From Coprothermobacterota bacterium (lineage in GTDB: Bacteria; Coprothermobacterota; Coprothermobacteria; Coprothermobacterales; Coprothermobacteraceae), in contig JAZIGN010000003.1 of assembly GCA_036679065.1 (NCBI GenBank), positions 256,001-320,000 of the forward strand: a stretch of DNA of 64,000 bases, written 5' to 3'. The position numbers were made by a program, and so were the translations under genes. This document shows, one piece after another, positions 59,316 to 64,000 of this stretch; position 1 is the stretch's first letter; each line of letters starts with the position of its first letter. Below the pieces are notes generated by a model. The model did not search any database, had not been told where the DNA came from, and saw only the letters and a program-made list of their open reading frames with translations.

Positions 59316-60170
59316 TTAGGTGCTCTGCTTTAGCAAGGTTCTAATGGATTCCCAGCGCTGTTCTTTGGAAGCTCTTTGGGTAGCAATGTTTAAATCTCCA
59401 AGTAATCTCTCATGGTAAGTTGGAACCTGCTCTACTTGGTAGAAAATCCCGATGGGAAGCTTCTCTGTCTGCTCTGCAAGTTTCATGGCTTCTTCCACTG
59501 TACTAACTGGCTGCGGTAAGATTTCCACTTTGCTGTTGTAGAGCTTGTAAGTATCATTAAATGAAACGCACGGCTGGAGTACGTCAACGAAGGAAAAGCC
59601 CTTGTGCTTCATAGCCTGGTAGAAAACATCCGTAAGTTCCTTAAGCTTCCCTGAAAATCCCCGCGCAACAAAGGTGGCTCCCACGCTAAGCATGAGCTTT
59701 ATTGGGTTAAGCGGCTCTTCTGGGCTACCAAAAGGTGTGGACGGTCCTCTAAAACCTTCTGGCGAAGTAGGAGTGAACTGCCCTGTGGTTAAACCGTAAA
59801 CGCCGTTATCATGTATTATTACCGTTATATCAGCGTTTCTCTTGGCTGCAAAAATGAGGTGTTCGATGCCTTCCCCGAAAGCGTCACCATCACCGGCAAA
59901 AGCAACAACGGTAATCGAGGGGTTAGCCAGTTTCATGCCCTGGGCTGTAGCTATTTCTCTGCCATGAAGGGAATAAAAACCTGACAGATCCAAGTAGTCG
60001 AAAATCTTTGCGTGACAACCTATTCCAGCGGTGATGAGAATGTTATTTCTGCTTATGCCGTCCTCTTGTTCTAATCTTCTAACAGCATTCTTGAACGCAT
60101 TGAAAATGCCGAAGTTACCACATCCTGGACACCATGTGTTTTCTGCATAAGTGGTCAGGTCATCAGGCAT
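59316..60170 (-). CDS. 2-oxoacid:ferredoxin oxidoreductase beta subunit
   Basis: WCPGCG, GIGC, GDGD, DNGVYGLTTGQ, QPC. Confidence 0.93.
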   Translation of the reverse strand: MPDDLTTYAENTWCPGCGNFGIFNAFKNAVRRLEQEDGISRNNILITAGIGCHAKIFDYLDLSGFYSLHGREIATAQGMKLANPSITVVAFAGDGDAFGEGIEHLIFAAKRNADITVIIHDNGVYGLTTGQFTPTSPEGFRGPSTPFGSPEEPLNPIKLMLSVGATFVARGFSGKLKELTDVFYQAMKHKGFSFVDVLQPCVSFNDTYKLYNSKVEILPQPVSTVEEAMKLAEQTEKLPIGIFYQVEQVPTYHERLLGDLNIATQRASKEQRWESIRTLLKQST

Positions 60171-60171
60171 A

Positions 60172-61842
60172 CTATATCACCTCCTTTATTTGCTGGGCGA
60201 GTTCTTCTGGATCAAAGGGTCTTCCGTCGTATTTCCTAATGGAAGCTTTAGCTTTTATGCCTGTTTTCTCTTTTATCAGGGTTTCAAAAGCTCCCATAAC
60301 GCTTTGCTCTACTGCGATGGGGTTAACATTTTTGAATTTTTCAAATTCCCACGTAGGGAACGGTTCTAAGTAAATAGGCTGAACCACTGTTGCTTCCAAA
60401 TTAGCACACTGCAGTGCTTCCAGAACTGACATGGTTGTGGAACCGTAGGTAAAGATGACTGGTTCACCATGTCCAAATACGTTTACGGTGTGCATCTGCA
60501 TAAGCTTCTGCACCAGTGTCTCTTGTTTTTTGGCACGTTTTTCATGCATTTTCGCTATCATCTGTGGGTCTTCGGTGGAAACGCCGTATTCATCATGTTC
60601 ATAGCTGGTAAACTTTATCACTTGGTCAGAAGGTGGGAAAAGCACAGGAGATATGCCATCTTCTGTTATCTTATACCTTAAATACTTCTCGTCACCGCCC
60701 TGATACATGATAGGCTCTGCCCAATATGCTTTAGTGGGGTCTATATCCACGGTCATGCGGCTTTCCTCAAGATGTTTTTCGGTTAGCAAAATGCCCAAAG
60801 TTTGGAATTCCTGTACCAGACCAAGCATTTCAGCGGCAAGGTAAAAAGCTTCTTCCATGCTGTATGGGGAAGCCACCACCCGAGGAAATTCTCCATGCCC
60901 CTGGTTTATGGCAAAACGCAGGTCTCCTTGCTCTGTGTAAGTAGGCACACCTGTGGAAGGACCAGGCCTAGAACCAAGTACTGCAAGTACAGGTACTTCT
61001 GCCATACCGGAAAGTGAGAATGCTTCTTCCATGAGTGCCATGCCACCTCCACTTGAAGCCACCATGGTTTTTAGTCCCATGCTGGCAGCACCCAGCGCCA
61101 TGTTTATGGCAGCCAGCTCACTTTCAGGATGCATTACACCAATTTGGAACTCTTTCGCATGAGCAGCCAAGAAATGCAGTATGGAAGAAGCAGGTGTCAT
61201 GGGATAGGCAAAGAAGAAATCTAAACCGCCGGCTACAGCGCCTAGCGAGATGGCTTCGTTGCCACTGATCATGGGAAGTGGCTTCTCATTAGTTTTCTTC
61301 AGTGCGAATTTTCCAAAAAGCTGTGGAGCTGCGGCATCATAGATCTCCATGGCGAAGTTGATGTTGTTTTCAGCATCTCTGTATTGTTCGCGGATGACAT
61401 CTGCCAATTCGTCCTTTGACATGCCAATACTTACGGCAAGGACTGTAACAGCGCCCACGCCCAACCTAAGTTCAGAGTTTGTGTATTTCTTTGAAATGGT
61501 AGAAAACGGTATTCCTATACCGTTTGGGACTGTTTCGTCTTTCATGGCATCTGAGTTGAAAACCATGATACCACCATCACGAAGATGCTCTTTGTGCATA
61601 TCGTAGCTACGCTTGTCAGTGGCAACTACCAAATCTGCTTTCATATAATGGCTTTTTATGGGATAAGTAGCTGAGGAAACCACTGCGAAATTGTGTCCGC
61701 CTTTTATAAGACTTTGGTAATCTTCCATTTCGAAAACTCTTCTGCCCATTCTTGTAAAGATGTAACCGGCTACGGCTCCAGCCTTTCTTATGCCAGCCCC
61801 AGCCGTGCCTCCGGCTATGAAGGTAAATAGTTCCTTTTCCAC
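60172..61842 (-). CDS. 2-oxoacid:ferredoxin oxidoreductase alpha subunit (gamma-alpha fusion)
   Basis: YQSLIKGGHN, AYPMTPAS, ESELAA, SSGGG, RPGPSTG. Confidence 0.93.
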   Translation of the reverse strand: MEKELFTFIAGGTAGAGIRKAGAVAGYIFTRMGRRVFEMEDYQSLIKGGHNFAVVSSATYPIKSHYMKADLVVATDKRSYDMHKEHLRDGGIMVFNSDAMKDETVPNGIGIPFSTISKKYTNSELRLGVGAVTVLAVSIGMSKDELADVIREQYRDAENNINFAMEIYDAAAPQLFGKFALKKTNEKPLPMISGNEAISLGAVAGGLDFFFAYPMTPASSILHFLAAHAKEFQIGVMHPESELAAINMALGAASMGLKTMVASSGGGMALMEEAFSLSGMAEVPVLAVLGSRPGPSTGVPTYTEQGDLRFAINQGHGEFPRVVASPYSMEEAFYLAAEMLGLVQEFQTLGILLTEKHLEESRMTVDIDPTKAYWAEPIMYQGGDEKYLRYKITEDGISPVLFPPSDQVIKFTSYEHDEYGVSTEDPQMIAKMHEKRAKKQETLVQKLMQMHTVNVFGHGEPVIFTYGSTTMSVLEALQCANLEATVVQPIYLEPFPTWEFEKFKNVNPIAVEQSVMGAFETLIKEKTGIKAKASIRKYDGRPFDPEELAQQIKEVI

Positions 61843-61889
61843 CTTGTCACCCCCTAAAAAATCTCAAATTTTTTAAATGGTTAAATCTA

Positions 61890-62324
61890 TTATAACGCTT
61901 TAGGAAAATCCCAAGCGAGTGCTTTTTTTGTGTAGCTCTCTTCATCAAGTACTCTTAGCATCTCTACATCTTTTCCAAAAATTGACAGTGTTGTACCTAA
62001 TCCAGCCGAACGGCCAGTGATTTGGACTAAACTCAAAGCTTTTGTCATATTCGTAGGCGAAGTAATAGGTGGCAATACAGAAGCGCTATAAACTACCTTA
62101 TCGGTTTTTACTACGTTGCCATCAGCTACATCTCAATAATTGATATAAGCTTCCATAACAGACCACGTTCGAGGTATGAGCCCAAAGAACGGGATAGAAT
62201 CCTCTAGACCTTGATCGGTGACAGAATTTGAGCATCCTCCAAGGGACAGAGCCACGAAGGTGATAACCAAGATCGAGGCTGACACGACCAGTACCACTAA
62301 TGGCACGCTGTTAACCTTTTTCAT
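61890..62324 (-). pseudogene. 5' part of a family-A-like lipoprotein with an in-frame TGA
   Basis: Lipobox LGGC; ORFs 62133-62333 and 61890-62075 share a frame; SIPFF...Y*DVADGNVVKTDKVVYS resembles SIPLF...WNTKTGTVE. Confidence 0.55.
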
Positions 62325-62517
62325 TTTCCCCAATGAAGAAAGTTTTGTTCAAGTTCTTTTTCTTCCTCCCGTCCCGCTACCTTCTTTGGACGCATAGGAC
62401 GTCGCCCCCTTTAAGTTATGGCCACGCGGCTGAGCAATATTATTCTGCAACGTTTTTAGCCTTATTTCATCTACGCATGTATACGGCGGTTATATCAACT
62501 CTTCACTATTAAACTAC

Positions 62518-63117
62518 TCATTTAACTGCCACTAAGACGTACTTTTCATCATCGTCTATAGCTATTTGCACATTCAAATTGGCTTCCACCATGAACTGAC
62601 TCACTATATCAACACTGGGAAGTTCTACTTTTGCCATGTCGCCTCCCATGTCTTTGTGCATCTTGTTTATGTGATTGCGGCCCTGAGAGTGGCAAATAGC
62701 CAGTTTTCCGCGCGCCTTTAACAACTCTGCCAATTTTTTTATACTGCTCTCTTTGTCAGGAAAGTGGGGGAAAGAGGAGTAACAAATCACTATGTCAAAA
62801 AGGTCATCGGCTTCAAAAGCCATGACATCAGCTAAAACAAAATCTACGTTCGGATAGGTTTGTTTTGGAAACTTTTCTCTGGCAATGCGAAGCATATTCT
62901 TGGAGTAGTCCAAACCGACTACCCGACCTGTTGGGCCAATTGACTCAAGAAGATACGGTATTAGAACACCTGTGCCACAGCCTACGTCGAGCACGTGGTT
63001 GCCAGGTTTAGGTTTAAGAATGTTCATTATGTCCTTTATTTTTCTGGGGTCGTGGTGGTTTTTGCTATCCCACTCGGTGGCTGCTTTATCAAAAAACGCT
63101 TTTTGGTTCAGATCCAT
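62518..63117 (-). CDS. Class I SAM-dependent methyltransferase
   Basis: VLDVGCGTG, GLDYSKNML, FPHF. Confidence 0.9.
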   Translation of the reverse strand: MDLNQKAFFDKAATEWDSKNHHDPRKIKDIMNILKPKPGNHVLDVGCGTGVLIPYLLESIGPTGRVVGLDYSKNMLRIAREKFPKQTYPNVDFVLADVMAFEADDLFDIVICYSSFPHFPDKESSIKKLAELLKARGKLAICHSQGRNHINKMHKDMGGDMAKVELPSVDIVSQFMVEANLNVQIAIDDDEKYVLVAVK

Positions 63118-63127
63118 ACCTATTTTT

Positions 63128-63679
63128 TCACCCTTTCAAAGTAACAGGATTTGCGCTTCTCTCGTGCACGTTCGCCTGTCTATGCACTAATAGTGTGACC
63201 AAGGGAGGAATGGTAAGTATTTGAATAACAATTCCAGGTAGACCTATGACGAACATGCTGTAAAGAAAAGCTGTTAGCTTGAATGGTAGCCCAAGAACAA
63301 AGTTGAAAAGAATCCAGTTCGCCAAGATAGAGACCAATCTGCCTATGAGCATTGCTGAGATGATGGAAACATACGTGTTTTTCTTAAAGTTTCTGTATAA
63401 GAGCGACGTAGTAATACCATAAGTGAATAGTTCAGCGGTCATTGTAAAAACCGTGGGCACTGGAGGCATTCCTGTAAGGAAAGAGCTAAGAAGTGGAGTG
63501 GTTATGCCAACTAGTGCGGCAAACTGCCATGGCAGCAGAAAACCAGCAACTAAAACGGGTATGTGCATTGGTAAAAACATGGGGCCACCAAAAGAAAGCA
63601 TGTGAAAAACCATGGGTAATAGAACACCCACAGCGATAAGCAACGCGGCCAGCGTCAAGAACTTAACTTTTGGATTCAT
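63128..63679 (-). CDS. ECF transporter S component
   Basis: LPMHIPVL, TPLLSSFLTGMPP, ELFTYG, PGIVIQ. Confidence 0.85.
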   Translation of the reverse strand: MNPKVKFLTLAALLIAVGVLLPMVFHMLSFGGPMFLPMHIPVLVAGFLLPWQFAALVGITTPLLSSFLTGMPPVPTVFTMTAELFTYGITTSLLYRNFKKNTYVSIISAMLIGRLVSILANWILFNFVLGLPFKLTAFLYSMFVIGLPGIVIQILTIPPLVTLLVHRQANVHERSANPVTLKG

Positions 63680-63763
63680 CAGTCAGTGCTCCTTTGCATA
63701 GAAGTTGCCAATGGTAACATCAGTGTAATATTCTAAACCAGAATTATGTTAATCACCTAAGGT

Positions 63764-64000
63764 CTAAGTTTTTTCTAAAATGGGATTGAAATTCAAAGAG
63801 ACTATTTTTGTTGGTTCTGGTAAGTTTTCTTTTGTTATTTCCAGCACGTCCAGTTGCTCATAAGGATGGTCTTTAACGAATGCATCAAGATCGCGTAGTA
63901 CAGTTTTTAAAAAGAAGCTGGCATACTTCGTCTTGTAGTGCATGGGAATAGCAATGTTAGGTTTTAGCTGGTCAATGACCTTCCATGCTTCATCAGGGCC
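63764..64000 (-). CDS. MBL-fold metallo-hydrolase, C-terminal part (runs off the window)
   Basis: Minus frame GPDEAWKVIDQLKPNIAIPMHYKT...LEKT*. Confidence 0.75.
   Translation of the reverse strand, partial: GPDEAWKVIDQLKPNIAIPMHYKTKYASFFLKTVLRDLDAFVKDHPYEQLDVLEITKENLPEPTKIVSLNFNPILEKT

Noticed and set aside
44364..62135. In-frame TGA codons at probable Trp positions (44364, 44860, 62133) suggesting TGA recoding
   Set aside because: TGA is the normal stop of intact genes here (brxL, abrB, tnpB); TGG-to-TGA is an ordinary nonsense transition and these loci show other decay
1..64000. tRNA/rRNA genes, integrase, complete cas operon or long CRISPR array
   Set aside because: None recognisable by eye; only the two-unit mini-array and two Cas3-HD-related sequences were found

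Overview
Anaerobic, peptide-fermenting bacterial chromosome segment; the gene content would fit a Coprothermobacter-like thermophile, which is an inference only. Metabolic genes: hydroxyproline dehydratase HypD and its activase, tryptophanase, PxpABC, MsrBA, 2-oxoacid:ferredoxin oxidoreductase, M20/M24 peptidases, and a cobalamin-riboswitch-controlled BtuF-like binding protein. These flank two accessory zones. (1) A defence hot spot at about 14.9-30.6 kb: a five-gene BREX type 4 / phosphorothioation-like operon with an extra stand-alone DUF4007-like gene, a degenerate two-repeat CRISPR-like mini-array next to phage-like ORFs, a Cas3-HD pseudogene, and an AbrB-RelE toxin-antitoxin pair whose toxin gene is split after codon 5 by a TnpA-less TnpB element. 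(2) A region at about 36-48 kb of two paralogous secreted/lipoprotein families, with intact copies, remnants and a duplicated leader. Also present: a radC / small ORF / dinB cassette, a stand-alone Cas3-derived HD protein with an eroded helicase, several probable leaderless genes and an RBS-sequestering hairpin. All product calls come from motif recognition by eye; no database searches were run.
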